DNA of 50,533 bases from Candidatus Parcubacteria bacterium (lineage in GTDB: Bacteria > Patescibacteriota > Minisyncoccia > Phycocordibacterales > UBA5272), in NCBI GenBank assembly GCA_039805745.1, contig JBDLTQ010000014.1, positions 1-50,533 on the forward strand. Reading direction: 5' to 3'. Made by a program: the position numbers and the translations under genes. Below are positions 10,871-20,519 of this stretch, piece after piece (positions within the stretch are counted from its first letter, which is position 1; every line of letters begins with the position of its first letter). Below the pieces are notes generated by a model. That model was not told where the DNA came from and made no database searches. It worked only from the letters and a program-made list of their open reading frames with translations.

Positions 10871-11533
10871 CTACTGTTGTGAAGTGATATCGAAGATACA
10901 GTCTTGGATATCTTTACAAGTAGAAGTTGCAATTTCATCACGGCCAGCTGTTGAAGAAAGATCAGCACCAACACGATAACCACCAAAATCTGTACCACTA
11001 GGTGTTGTACTAGATATGATAGCTCTACCATTATCAATAAGAGTAGCTGTAAGAGAGTCACCGTTATACACTGAACAATATGGATCTAGCAATGCAGCTC
11101 CAAGGTATCCATCAATACAGTCTCTATCAGTATCAAGAGCTGGACCAAACACTTCAAGTTTTGAACCTATGTGATACGCAAATGTTGATGTCGCTGCACC
11201 TGAAGCACTTGCTTCATAATAAGTATATGCATATGTATCTCGAGCGGTAGAAGTTGTTGAAGCTGTAAAAGTTGGCAACAACGGCATATATGCAGGAGAA
11301 AGAGAAACAGCTAGATCTTTTGGATAATTAGAGTCGTTAGCTTCAGCATACTGCTCAATAGCTAACTGGAGTGACTTAAGTTCGGCGATCTTCTTCGCAT
11401 CACGAGCCTTCTTACGAGCGTTCTGAATAGGAGCTGCGATAATAGTTGAAAGAAGTCCAATAATAGCGATCACCACAAGAAGCTCGATGAGGGTAAAACC
11501 GCGTGCACGTTTTGTATTGATTGTGTGTAACAT
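10871..11533 (-). CDS. pilA: Type IV major pilin
   Basis: TKRARG-FTLIELLVVIAIIGLLSTIIAAPI is a canonical class III signal plus alpha1 helix. It has its own about 200-nt upstream intergenic region. Confidence 0.85.
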   Translation of the reverse strand: MLHTINTKRARGFTLIELLVVIAIIGLLSTIIAAPIQNARKKARDAKKIAELKSLQLAIEQYAEANDSNYPKDLAVSLSPAYMPLLPTFTASTTSTARDTYAYTYYEASASGAATSTFAYHIGSKLEVFGPALDTDRDCIDGYLGAALLDPYCSVYNGDSLTATLIDNGRAIISSTTPSGTDFGGYRVGADLSSTAGRDEIATSTCKDIQDCIFDITSQQ

Positions 11534-11571
11534 ATATTTTTTCTATCTTTGTAGATTACTTAGAAGTATAT

Positions 11572-11620
11572 ACCTATACGCTTTTAAAAAACAAGTTTTT
11601 TTAAAAAAAGGTGTGGATAA
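11572..11620 (-). promoter_or_regulatory. Candidate pilin promoter/operator: TTATCCACA 9-mer plus downstream TATAGGTA
   Basis: Minus strand reads TTATCCACACCTTTTTTT..(34 nt)..ATAGGT, then about 39 nt to the ATG. The same two elements precede the genes starting at 36441 and 37616. Confidence 0.4.
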
Positions 11621-11741
11621 CCTCAGCTATTTCTGATATAGAAGCTCTCATTGAGAAGTACTTTTATACAATATCTACCAAAAATATTGATACTTTTTAT
11701 AAACCTATCTTACACAATAAAACTTTTCTTTATAGTAATAA

Positions 11742-12965
11742 TTACTGGATAGCTTCTGTAAGTGCGTACATTGGAAGAAGAATAGCAGACACAAGAACAC
11801 CTACACCAATACCGAGACTTACAATCATAGCAGGTTCAATAAGAGCAATCATACTATCAATAGCGTTGTCGAGTTCACGACGATAGAAGTTAGCGAGATT
11901 CTTTAGGATAAAACCGAGCTCACCTGTTTCCTCGCCGATATGCACCATCTGTACAAGAATATTCGGCACAAGAGGCTCTTCGTATAACGATTTTGAAAAC
12001 GACTTACCTGTCTGCACTTTAATTGAGACACGCTGTAAAAGACTTTTATAGACTCTATTTTCTATAGTAGAGGCAGTAATATCAATCGCTTTTACAATAG
12101 GTACTCCATTAGAGAGCATTGTATTCATGTTGTCCGCAAGTCGTTGCAAGAAAAGCTTTTGAATAAGAGCATTAAAGACGGGAACCTTGAGCATAAATGT
12201 ATCAACCTGAAGTTCACCCTCATCAGTCTTTGTCCACCGATAGAAAAAGTAGCCGAGGATAGCCATTGTTGGAAATGTGATTGGCCCATACTTCACGAAT
12301 AAATCTGAAATAAAAAGAACAATACGAGTCACAAGAGGAAGCTCAGCACCTTCTTCGGCAAACATTCTAGCCATCTTAGGCACCACAAATGTAAGCATGG
12401 CTATCATAATAGCGAAGAAGGTACCAATAACAAAACTTGGATACGTAAGCGCTTTCTTAACTTTCTGTGTTAATTCGTAGTTTCTATCAAGGTAATCAGC
12501 GAGATAAGCGAACACTTCATTGAGCTTTCCACTCTCTTCACCAGCACGAACCATGTTTACATAAAAATTAGAAAAAAGGTCAGGATGCACCACAAGCGCC
12601 TGAGAAAGAGAAATACCTTTTTCTATATCATCGGCCACATGAAAAACCTCCTCTTGAAGCGTTTTATTTTCATTTTCCTGTCCAAGAAGACGAAAAGCTC
12701 TAAGCGCAGACACTCCAGATTCAAAAAGCGTTGATACCTGACGTGAAAAAATAACCACATCCTTGTTGGTAATCTTCTGTTTAAAGAGAGTGGAACCGAT
12801 AAGAGCAAAGGCGTTACCTTGCTTGTCAGCTTTTTCTTTTACTTCGATGATTGTGGTATATCCTTTCTTTTTGACGATAAAAATAGCATTATCGAGTGAT
12901 GTTGCATCGAGATCTCCTTCTTCTTTATTTCCATTATCATTAAGTGCTATGTAGTGAAAAAGCAT
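11742..12965 (-). CDS. pilC: Type IV pilus platform protein (GspF/PilC family)
   Basis: 407 aa with two T2SS-F repeats and three TM regions; full-length resemblance to PilC. Confidence 0.92.
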   Translation of the reverse strand: MLFHYIALNDNGNKEEGDLDATSLDNAIFIVKKKGYTTIIEVKEKADKQGNAFALIGSTLFKQKITNKDVVIFSRQVSTLFESGVSALRAFRLLGQENENKTLQEEVFHVADDIEKGISLSQALVVHPDLFSNFYVNMVRAGEESGKLNEVFAYLADYLDRNYELTQKVKKALTYPSFVIGTFFAIMIAMLTFVVPKMARMFAEEGAELPLVTRIVLFISDLFVKYGPITFPTMAILGYFFYRWTKTDEGELQVDTFMLKVPVFNALIQKLFLQRLADNMNTMLSNGVPIVKAIDITASTIENRVYKSLLQRVSIKVQTGKSFSKSLYEEPLVPNILVQMVHIGEETGELGFILKNLANFYRRELDNAIDSMIALIEPAMIVSLGIGVGVLVSAILLPMYALTEAIQ

Positions 12966-12974
12966 GGAAATACA

Positions 12975-14033
12975 TTAGATAAGTCTATCAAACAAGCCTC
13001 GCCTCCTAGCAAAAGAAAGAGCTACATCACGAGCAACAACACCCGACCGAACAAGCCCTGCTAAATTACGGTCAAGATCAATCATCCCCTCTTCAGATCC
13101 TGTCTCTATGAGCACATCAAGCTCATGAGTACGCTTCTCTCGGATAAGATTGGCTACAGCATTTGTATTAAGAAGAAGCTCAAATGCAGGAACAAGCCCT
13201 CCTTGAATTGTAGGCACAAGTCTTTGAGAAAGAACCCCAATAAGTGAGGAAGCAAGTTGTAACCGTATCTGACTTTGTTGTTCTCCTGGGAATGAATCGA
13301 TAATACGATCTATTGTCTGAGCAGCAGAGTTTGTGTGAAGTGTCGACAGTACCAGATGTCCTGTTTCTGCTGCAGTAACAGCCGTAGCAATAGTTTCTTT
13401 GTTACGCATTTCGCCAATCATGATAACATCTACATCTTGACGAAGAGCATGCACAAGGGCTGTATTAAAATCATTTGTATCAATACCAACCTCACGCTGT
13501 TCAATGAGTGATCTATCTTGATCAAAACGAAATTCAACAGGGTCTTCAATTGTGAGAATATGACGCTTTGATTCACTGTTAATAAGAGCAACCATGGCAG
13601 CAAGTGTCGTTGATTTACCTTGACCAACAGGTCCAACAACGAGGAAGAACCCCTGACGCTCACGAGCGATATGGGTAAGTTGTTCTGGGAGATTGAGCTC
13701 TTCGACAGTTCTTACTTTTGGAACAAGGCGAAGCGCAATAGAAATAACTCCACGCTGAAATGATGCATTACCACGCAAACGATACTGGTTACGATGAGAA
13801 TATGAAAAATCTAAATCTTGTTTAACAACAAAATTAGTTAGAGACTTCTCACTTATCATTTGACGCAAAAAGCCAAGAGTATCTTCTGCTAGAAGCTCTT
13901 TTTTTCTCGTGAGAGGAATAAGTTCGCGATTGATACGAAGTGTAGGAAAACTACCAACAGTAAGATGAAGATCAGACCCTCCCTCTTTTACAAGAGTCAT
14001 AATAATATCATCGAGTTCAACTTCGTAGTTCAT
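12975..14033 (-). CDS. pilT: Twitching-motility retraction ATPase
   Basis: Walker A GPVGQGKSTT, Asp box, LRQDVDVIMIGEMRNKET, His box STLHTNSAAQTIDRI. Size typical of PilT. Confidence 0.92.
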   Translation of the reverse strand: MNYEVELDDIIMTLVKEGGSDLHLTVGSFPTLRINRELIPLTRKKELLAEDTLGFLRQMISEKSLTNFVVKQDLDFSYSHRNQYRLRGNASFQRGVISIALRLVPKVRTVEELNLPEQLTHIARERQGFFLVVGPVGQGKSTTLAAMVALINSESKRHILTIEDPVEFRFDQDRSLIEQREVGIDTNDFNTALVHALRQDVDVIMIGEMRNKETIATAVTAAETGHLVLSTLHTNSAAQTIDRIIDSFPGEQQSQIRLQLASSLIGVLSQRLVPTIQGGLVPAFELLLNTNAVANLIREKRTHELDVLIETGSEEGMIDLDRNLAGLVRSGVVARDVALSFARRRGLFDRLI

Positions 14034-14222
14034 ATATAGTAGAGTATATCAGGAGACAAGAGAAGCACAATTGGATAACTCACATATTTTCAAAATATAA
14101 AGTATAGCTGTTAGTCATTAGCATATAAGGTATAGAAGAATGCAAGAGTTATATTCCTCTACACTACACGCTATATGCTATTTCCGCACCACATATTCTA
14201 TATTCTAATCTCCCTGCAATGA

Positions 14223-15974
14223 CTAGAGCTCTGCAAGTTCAATAAATGGTATCTTGCCTGACATACATTTAATCATTGCATCCTCTTTGATAGTAATCAT
14301 TCCGTCTTTGCGTGCAAGTTTATAAATTTCTTCCTCTCCCTTACTACGCAAAATCGCCTCCTCTATCTCATCTGTGATAGGCAAGACTTCAAACACTGGA
14401 GTTCTTCCCTTCATACCGGTAGGGTTTTCATTATTCGGCTTTGCCTCATACAAAGGTCTACTGATCTCAAACTTCTGTTTAAACTCATCTGGTAAATCAG
14501 CGAACTGAGTATCTACCAACTCCCTAAGAGAAGGAGTCATCTCCATAGGCACACCACAACCAGTAGCAATAGAACGAGAAAGACGCTGCCCAAGCGCTGC
14601 GATAAGCACAGGAGCTATAAGATACGGTTCAATACCCATGTCTAAAAGACGTGTAATTACACCAATGGACGTGTTGGTGTGGATTGTTGAAAACACCAAG
14701 TGTCCTGTAAGAGCAGCTTGAATAGCGAGCTGAGCAGTTTCTGCGTCACGAATTTCTCCCACCATAATAACATCAGGGTCTTGACGAAGGATAGAACGAA
14801 GCCCTGAAGCAAATGTATATCCAATATCAGGAAACACCTGTGACTGGTTCATACCACCAATGTTATATTCAACCGGATCTTCGAGAGATACGACATTTTT
14901 ATGATCACGATCGATTTCATTTAACATCGAATACAATGTTGTTGTCTTACCAGAACCAGTAGGACCGGAGATGAGCACCATACCGTATGGAGCACCGATT
15001 GCTTCACGAATATGTTTCATTTGAAGCTCAGAAAAACCTAAATCATTCAACAATTTTACACCTTTAATACTATCCAAAATACGGATCACGATCTTTTCAC
15101 CATAATACCCAGGGAATGAAGACACACGGTAGTCGATCTTTCTTTCTCCAAACTTAGTACTAAAACGTCCATCTTGAGGTTTACGTTTCTCGTCAAGCTT
15201 CATAGCACACAACACCTTGATACGTGCAATAACCATCGGGTGAAGTTTAATCGGAAGAGCGGCTATCTGCTCAAGACGACCATCCATACGAACACGCACA
15301 CGAACATTTAAGCCAACGTGTTCTATATGAATATCAGACGCTCCATTATCAATAGCATAACGAAGCACGGTACTAAATATTTCAGGAACAGGGAGCTTTG
15401 CAAGATTTTTATCAAGAGCACCAGAAGTATTGGCAAGATCGATATCTTCGTCTTCTATTTTATCATCATCTAACTTATCATCTTCTTTAGCAACATATGT
15501 CAAAACTTCATTATCAACCTTATCAGTGACACTCGCTTTTTCTTCTGGTTTTTCATCACCAGTGATACCAAAATGAGACTTAAATGCATCAAATGTAATG
15601 AGATACACTTTATAAGGCTGATGATCAGCACCAAAAAGAAATTGCAAACTTCCAAGCACGTTCGCATATTCTGGATCAACCACCCCAATCAAAAGCACAT
15701 CATCTTGCACTTCAAGAGGAACAGCGAGGAGTTGTTTTGACTGCACCACACTCACATATTTTGTAAGCTCTTGATCATTAGCAATTTCCTTGCTGTATAT
15801 AGGTAGACCATGTAAGGTACTTCGCACTTCAGCTATTTCTTCACTTGAAATACCTTTTTTTGAAAGAAGATCATCAACAAAAAGCCCTTGATTCGCAGAA
15901 AGAGCAGTATCTATTTCTTTTGCTTCTATTTCAGTAAGCTTGCTTTGACTAACAAAAAGATCAAGGAGTAACAT
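14223..15974 (-). CDS. pilB: Type IV pilus assembly ATPase (GspE/PilB family)
   Basis: N-terminal GSPII_E_N-like region, Walker A GPTGSGKTTT, LRQDPDVIMVGEIRD, FSTIHTN. ORF codon 1 at 16010 is GTG; the ATG at 15974 overlaps the upstream gene by 14 nt. Confidence 0.93.
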   Translation of the reverse strand: MLLLDLFVSQSKLTEIEAKEIDTALSANQGLFVDDLLSKKGISSEEIAEVRSTLHGLPIYSKEIANDQELTKYVSVVQSKQLLAVPLEVQDDVLLIGVVDPEYANVLGSLQFLFGADHQPYKVYLITFDAFKSHFGITGDEKPEEKASVTDKVDNEVLTYVAKEDDKLDDDKIEDEDIDLANTSGALDKNLAKLPVPEIFSTVLRYAIDNGASDIHIEHVGLNVRVRVRMDGRLEQIAALPIKLHPMVIARIKVLCAMKLDEKRKPQDGRFSTKFGERKIDYRVSSFPGYYGEKIVIRILDSIKGVKLLNDLGFSELQMKHIREAIGAPYGMVLISGPTGSGKTTTLYSMLNEIDRDHKNVVSLEDPVEYNIGGMNQSQVFPDIGYTFASGLRSILRQDPDVIMVGEIRDAETAQLAIQAALTGHLVFSTIHTNTSIGVITRLLDMGIEPYLIAPVLIAALGQRLSRSIATGCGVPMEMTPSLRELVDTQFADLPDEFKQKFEISRPLYEAKPNNENPTGMKGRTPVFEVLPITDEIEEAILRSKGEEEIYKLARKDGMITIKEDAMIKCMSGKIPFIELAEL

Positions 15975-16311
15975 ATGGAACGAAAGGATTAGGACGCCCT
16001 CTCGTGTCACTCATAGGAACCTCAAGCGGAATATCTGAAAAAGATTTATACAAAACACCGTTGATAAAGTTGAGACTTTTATTTGAGTCGAGTTGAATTT
16101 TTTGATTAGGATCAGCAACTGCTTGAGCGGAACGCTGTATCTTTGGATTGCCAGAAAAAATACCAATATTAACAGATGAGAGGCCTGGGTCAGTATTTAC
16201 TTGTTCTCCAGTAAAAAATACAACATATCCAAGATACGCCGTGAAGCCAATAATACCAGCGATGATAACTCCTGCAACAATCCCCTCTAATTTTTGAATA
16301 TTTATATCCAT
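15961..16311 (-). CDS. Small bitopic membrane protein, putative pilus assembly component
   Basis: One TM (IVAGVIIAGIIGFTAYLGYVVFF). C-terminal RGRPNPFVP resembles the R-D/N-P-F motif of PilP-type proteins (weak). Lies between the pilO-like gene and pilB. Confidence 0.5.
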   Translation of the reverse strand: MDINIQKLEGIVAGVIIAGIIGFTAYLGYVVFFTGEQVNTDPGLSSVNIGIFSGNPKIQRSAQAVADPNQKIQLDSNKSLNFINGVLYKSFSDIPLEVPMSDTRGRPNPFVPYVTP

Positions 16312-16325
16312 ATACTGTCAAAAAA

Positions 16326-16913
16326 TTACTTCATATAATAAACCTTAGAACTCATTGTTATATTGAGGGACTCAGTATCTTCTATGATAGCCTTTTGCGC
16401 TGAAGAATCATCTTGTTCTGGTCGTTGTATTGCAAGTTGTTCTATGTTGAAAAATCGCATACTCCTCTCATAATTTTCTACAAATGTTTTAAATGTTGGA
16501 TACTGTGTTCTCATAGAAAAAGAAACATTATAAGCGTTAAGCCCTTTTTCACCTTTAAGATCTTTTTCAACTTTAAGACCATCTATCGCAACCCCTGAAT
16601 TCGCTGCAATAGTAATAACCTCATTACGGAGCTTTACTTGATCAATCGTATCAGGCATCATAATACTCATCTTAAGCTTATCCTCCTCTTTTACACCTTC
16701 AAAATCACGTGAAAGTTTAACAGCGCCACGCTCTATTGCAGTTACTTGGTTAAGCGTATTAGCATATTGAACATTAAGTGACTGCATTCCTCGAATATTT
16801 TTTTCTGGTGTCCACACAAGACCAGGATCACCGGTATACATTGGATCTATATATCCAAAATAAAGAACAGCAGGAAGGAGAACGAGCAAAATGTTAAGAA
16901 GTTTTGGTGACAT
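16326..16913 (-). CDS. PilO-like bitopic pilus assembly protein (putative)
   Basis: N-terminal TM LLNILLVLLPAVLYFGY followed by a periplasmic-type domain. Gene order is pilM, N-like, O-like. Confidence 0.5.
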   Translation of the reverse strand: MSPKLLNILLVLLPAVLYFGYIDPMYTGDPGLVWTPEKNIRGMQSLNVQYANTLNQVTAIERGAVKLSRDFEGVKEEDKLKMSIMMPDTIDQVKLRNEVITIAANSGVAIDGLKVEKDLKGEKGLNAYNVSFSMRTQYPTFKTFVENYERSMRFFNIEQLAIQRPEQDDSSAQKAIIEDTESLNITMSSKVYYMK

Positions 16914-16915
16914 AC

Positions 16916-17701
16916 TTATTGAGTAAGAGCGCTAGTAGTAGAACCAACCTGCGCCGACTGAGCAGGAACACTAGAAACATCTGAGGGCTCCTGGGCACTT
17001 GCAGGATCGATAAACACAACCTGATCAGGAAGTACTCCTTGCACAAAAACAGGTGTTGTCACTTTTACTTTAAGAGATTTCTTTTTATCTTCGGTGAACT
17101 TATCAAGTTTTTGTGTTTGAGGTGGTGCAACTTTTGTATACTGAGTAAGTTTAAGAGCCTCTAGTTGTTGAATAAGAGACTGATAGTCATTCGTCACTGC
17201 AGTAAAACTAGCAACATATCCACCCTTCTTTTCTTTAGTAAGAGTGAAATCATTAAAATAGACCCTACGCTCAACCACATCTTCCAAAAACTTAAGCGGT
17301 GAACGAACAGAAACATATGTTTTGAGGAGCTGATCAAGCGACGCGGCTCTATCCGAAAGTCTTTTCATTTCAGAAAAAGGGTATTCTTTAAAACTTGATT
17401 CTTTTTGAGCAAGCTCTTGTTTCTTTTCTTCAATACTTGATTCCAAATACTTTCCGTATACAAAAAGTGTTCCAGCACTCACCACAGAAAGTACACAAAT
17501 CACAATAAGAACAATTTGAATATACCCATTAACAGGAATTGCACCATCCCTGTGTTGCATAAAAAGAAAAGGTGAATCTGGCGCCTGAGGAGCGTCTGAA
17601 AGAGGAATACCTTGAGGGTTAACAGCTGAGGAAGCAAAAGCAGGTGACTGACTTGCACCACCGTCTTGTTGACCTGATGTTGGATTAAATGAAAATGCCA
17701 T
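16916..17701 (-). CDS. PilN-like bitopic pilus assembly protein (putative)
   Basis: Disordered N-terminus, TM IQIVLIVICVLSVVSAGTLFVYG, then coiled coil (SSIEEKKQELAQKE). Lies directly after pilM. Confidence 0.5.
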   Translation of the reverse strand: MAFSFNPTSGQQDGGASQSPAFASSAVNPQGIPLSDAPQAPDSPFLFMQHRDGAIPVNGYIQIVLIVICVLSVVSAGTLFVYGKYLESSIEEKKQELAQKESSFKEYPFSEMKRLSDRAASLDQLLKTYVSVRSPLKFLEDVVERRVYFNDFTLTKEKKGGYVASFTAVTNDYQSLIQQLEALKLTQYTKVAPPQTQKLDKFTEDKKKSLKVKVTTPVFVQGVLPDQVVFIDPASAQEPSDVSSVPAQSAQVGSTTSALTQ

Positions 17702-17714
17702 AATAAAAATAAAA

Positions 17715-18782
17715 TTACGAAACTAATTTCTTAAGAGCACAACCAACTGCGACAGCATATGTTGGACCAATCCTTTCTATCATCTCTGATAGAAACTCAG
17801 GAACAACTACTTGCTCAAATGGTGTTACAATTCTTCCTGCTATATGTACGGTCTTACTATATGTACTAAGCATACCAGGAATCCTTGCACCGCCTCCTGC
17901 TAAAATTATTCCCTCTATAGTTTGATTATACTTTCTTTCAAACATCAAAGATAGACGTGCAACCTCCCCAAACAGTGGATAACTCGAAAGTTCGAGCACA
18001 TCTTTAAAGTATGGGTTCGATGCGTCACCTTCATATCCGAAAGCTCTCTTAGATTCTTCGGCTGTATCTAAGGTAATAGAAAGAGCTTTAGATAACTGAA
18101 GTGTTCCCTCTTGAGAACCTCTACTAATCACATGCATATCAAGAACAATACCTTGATACACGAGAGAGAGCGCAGTGCTTTGCGCGCCTATATCTACATA
18201 CATCACCATCTTATGTGTATGAGGTGGAGCACTACGAAGAAGACTATATCCATGTATCTCATAATCCACATTAGTAAGGCCGAGCTTTTTTACAAGACTA
18301 TCGTATCCAGTAAGAGTGTTATTAGCAACAGCAGCCAACACAACACTTACTGTTTTACCATCATCTCGCAATCTTACTGTTTGAGGTATATGCCACCAAT
18401 CCATCTGCACTTCAGTGAGTGGCATTGGAATATATTTTCTTGCTTCTATTGGCATCATTGTACGAAGCTCATCATCAGAAACTTTAGGAACAGTAATAAG
18501 TGACACGAATGCAGATGATGGATCAATCGCCACAACAGTATCCTGCGCTGTAACTTTTGATTCTTTAAAAAGATCTTGTATAGCTTCAATAAGTTTCTCT
18601 TCACCAAGGTGTACTGCCTGCCCTATTTTAAGAGCATTATACGGACCAAGAGCCACCTCTCCATAGGTGTCGAGAATAATGCGATTTTTTTCACGACGAA
18701 GTTGTACAACCTTTACTGAGGATGCACCTATATCTAAACCTATAGCTTGAGCAGCTTCTTCTTTCTTAAAAAAATCTAACAT
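17715..18782 (-). CDS. pilM: Type IV pilus assembly protein PilM (actin-like ATPase fold)
   Basis: GLDIGASSVKVVQL phosphate-1 motif, DIGAQSTALSLV, ILAGGGARIPG. First gene of the pilus operon. Confidence 0.85.
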   Translation of the reverse strand: MLDFFKKEEAAQAIGLDIGASSVKVVQLRREKNRIILDTYGEVALGPYNALKIGQAVHLGEEKLIEAIQDLFKESKVTAQDTVVAIDPSSAFVSLITVPKVSDDELRTMMPIEARKYIPMPLTEVQMDWWHIPQTVRLRDDGKTVSVVLAAVANNTLTGYDSLVKKLGLTNVDYEIHGYSLLRSAPPHTHKMVMYVDIGAQSTALSLVYQGIVLDMHVISRGSQEGTLQLSKALSITLDTAEESKRAFGYEGDASNPYFKDVLELSSYPLFGEVARLSLMFERKYNQTIEGIILAGGGARIPGMLSTYSKTVHIAGRIVTPFEQVVVPEFLSEMIERIGPTYAVAVGCALKKLVS

Positions 18783-18855
18783 ACAACTATGAACACATCA
18801 TATCTTTATAGTATACACGTACTCTTTTACTTTTTTATGGGTATACTCACAGTAT

Positions 18856-19479
18856 ATGTGGATGACGCGCACTCTTTTTACTCGACTACTCTCATTACTG
18901 TTCCCGTCTGCATGTATCATATGCAAAAAAGAAGGTGTTTCTTTTTGTTCAACATGTATGGAACAATTACTCCCTGCACTCGATACACCTCATCGATTTA
19001 TAGTAAGTCTATATTCCTACAAAGACCTTGCTGTTAAAAAAACAATTCACGCAATAAAATATCATCACAGACGAGACCTCATACCATCTTTTGCTACACG
19101 CATTGCAGATGAAATACCTGCATCATACATACATACAAGCATTATCATACCGATACCAATGCCTTCATACAGAAAATATCTTCGCGGATATAATCAAGCA
19201 GAACTCCTCGCGAAAGAAATCGCTCATATCACACACTTACCAATGTATACACATATACTCACACGAAAAAAAGCACCTAGACGTCAAGTAATAACACGAT
19301 CACGCAGAGAACGACTACAAAATCAACACGGGACATTTATCGTACAACAACCACTTAAAGGACAGAGTGTTATTCTTATTGATGACGTCACCACAACAGG
19401 CGCCACACTCTACACAGCAAGAGAAGAACTTCTTAAATCTGGAGCAAGTGAAGTGCTTGCTTTTACTATTGCACACTAA
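18856..19479 (+). CDS. comF: ComF family protein (phosphoribosyltransferase domain)
   Basis: N-terminal CxxC...CxxC (CIICKK...CSTC), PRPP loop VILIDDVTTTGATL. Divergent from pilM. Confidence 0.85.
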   Translation: MWMTRTLFTRLLSLLFPSACIICKKEGVSFCSTCMEQLLPALDTPHRFIVSLYSYKDLAVKKTIHAIKYHHRRDLIPSFATRIADEIPASYIHTSIIIPIPMPSYRKYLRGYNQAELLAKEIAHITHLPMYTHILTRKKAPRRQVITRSRRERLQNQHGTFIVQQPLKGQSVILIDDVTTTGATLYTAREELLKSGASEVLAFTIAH

Positions 19480-19545
19480 TACACAATCATTTCAATATCT
19501 ACACTATCTAAATAGAGAATTCTTTATAATAACCTACTCACAAAA

Positions 19546-19573
19546 AACAAAACTCCCGTTAGGGAATTTTGTT
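19546..19573. terminator. Weak stem-loop between convergent genes
   Basis: aaaactccc / gggaatttt around a gtta loop with one mismatch. A/T runs on both flanks. Confidence 0.35.
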
Positions 19574-19596
19574 ATCTGTACAAATAATAATTCTAA

Positions 19597-20409
19597 TTAT
19601 CGAACAGTTGTAGATGAAGTCTGTGCACCGGTTGTGGTGGTGGTCGCATTACCACTTAATGCCTTACGTAATCCTTTACCTTGATTATTAAGTGATCGAA
19701 CACTGTTAAAATCTTTTGCTATTTCCTTAAGACCTTTATTTACAGACTCAATCGTTGCCTTACTCGTTGTGCCGTATTGTGACACAGTTAAAGCAAGAAT
19801 TTGAGTCTTGTATCCATCAAGTTTATACATATCGTTAGCAACAAGCATTTTTGCATCATCAAGTTTTTTCTGCCAAACAGTTACATCATACCCAGCATTC
19901 TTGCGTTCATTAATGCGAGTTTGAACATTTGTAAAAATATCAGAGAGTTTTGTTGAATGGTTTTGAAGATCGTATATACGCTTCTCAAGACGAAGCTGTG
20001 GAATAATGATACCGAAGATTCTAAAATCAGAATAAATAGACGCAACAAGAGTCTTTGTACTTGTAGCATCAGTACTTGAAGCAATAGTAGTTCCAAGTGT
20101 TGTAAGACGAGTAATATTACTATCAATACGTGTCACAATAGCACTTTTCTGAGTATCAGTCAGCTTACTCGCATTAATAGCAGTCTTGTTTGCAGTAAGG
20201 GCATCAATACGTTGTTTGATAAGGATTCTTGCTTTATTCTGAAGTCTAGCAAGTGTGGTTCCAAGATTATACTCCTTTTCTTCACGAACAACAGACACCG
20301 TTGAAACTTCAGGAGATGCAGGAATATTCTCTGAAGTATCAGCTGCAGATGCAAACACTCCGGAAAGAGCAATAACCCCTACAGATAAAGAAATAATCGT
20401 TTTTTTCAT
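19597..20409 (-). CDS. Secreted alpha-helical protein, unknown function
   Basis: Signal peptide MKKTIISLSVGVIALSGVFASA-AD (ATG at 20409). The remainder is helix-forming and T/K/L-rich with a T-rich tail. Confidence 0.7.
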   Translation of the reverse strand: MKKTIISLSVGVIALSGVFASAADTSENIPASPEVSTVSVVREEKEYNLGTTLARLQNKARILIKQRIDALTANKTAINASKLTDTQKSAIVTRIDSNITRLTTLGTTIASSTDATSTKTLVASIYSDFRIFGIIIPQLRLEKRIYDLQNHSTKLSDIFTNVQTRINERKNAGYDVTVWQKKLDDAKMLVANDMYKLDGYKTQILALTVSQYGTTSKATIESVNKGLKEIAKDFNSVRSLNNQGKGLRKALSGNATTTTTGAQTSSTTVR

Positions 20410-20519
20410 ATATAACATCTAAAAAATAAATCAATAAAATTGAGAGAGGTAATCAAAAAACACTCAAGATATTACCTTCTTACACACACTATAACAGTCT
20501 TACTTCCCATATTGTGACA

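Noticed and set aside
11612-11620. Perfect DnaA boxes (also 36505..36513) as a replication origin
   Set aside because: They are single isolated boxes 25 kb apart. There is no dnaA/dnaN, no box cluster and no AT-rich unwinding repeats. Their position upstream of structural genes fits a promoter or operator role better.
11611-11886. 91-aa plus-strand ORF in the pilC-pilin spacer
   Set aside because: Half of it is antisense to the 3' end of pilC. It has no RBS or family signal, and the region is better explained as the pilin promoter.
15961-16311. Possibility of an alternative genetic code (UGA recoding, as in some CPR lineages)
   Set aside because: TGA closes this ORF and the one at 28970 exactly where the neighbouring genes begin or end. 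All conserved enzymes are full length under the standard bacterial code.
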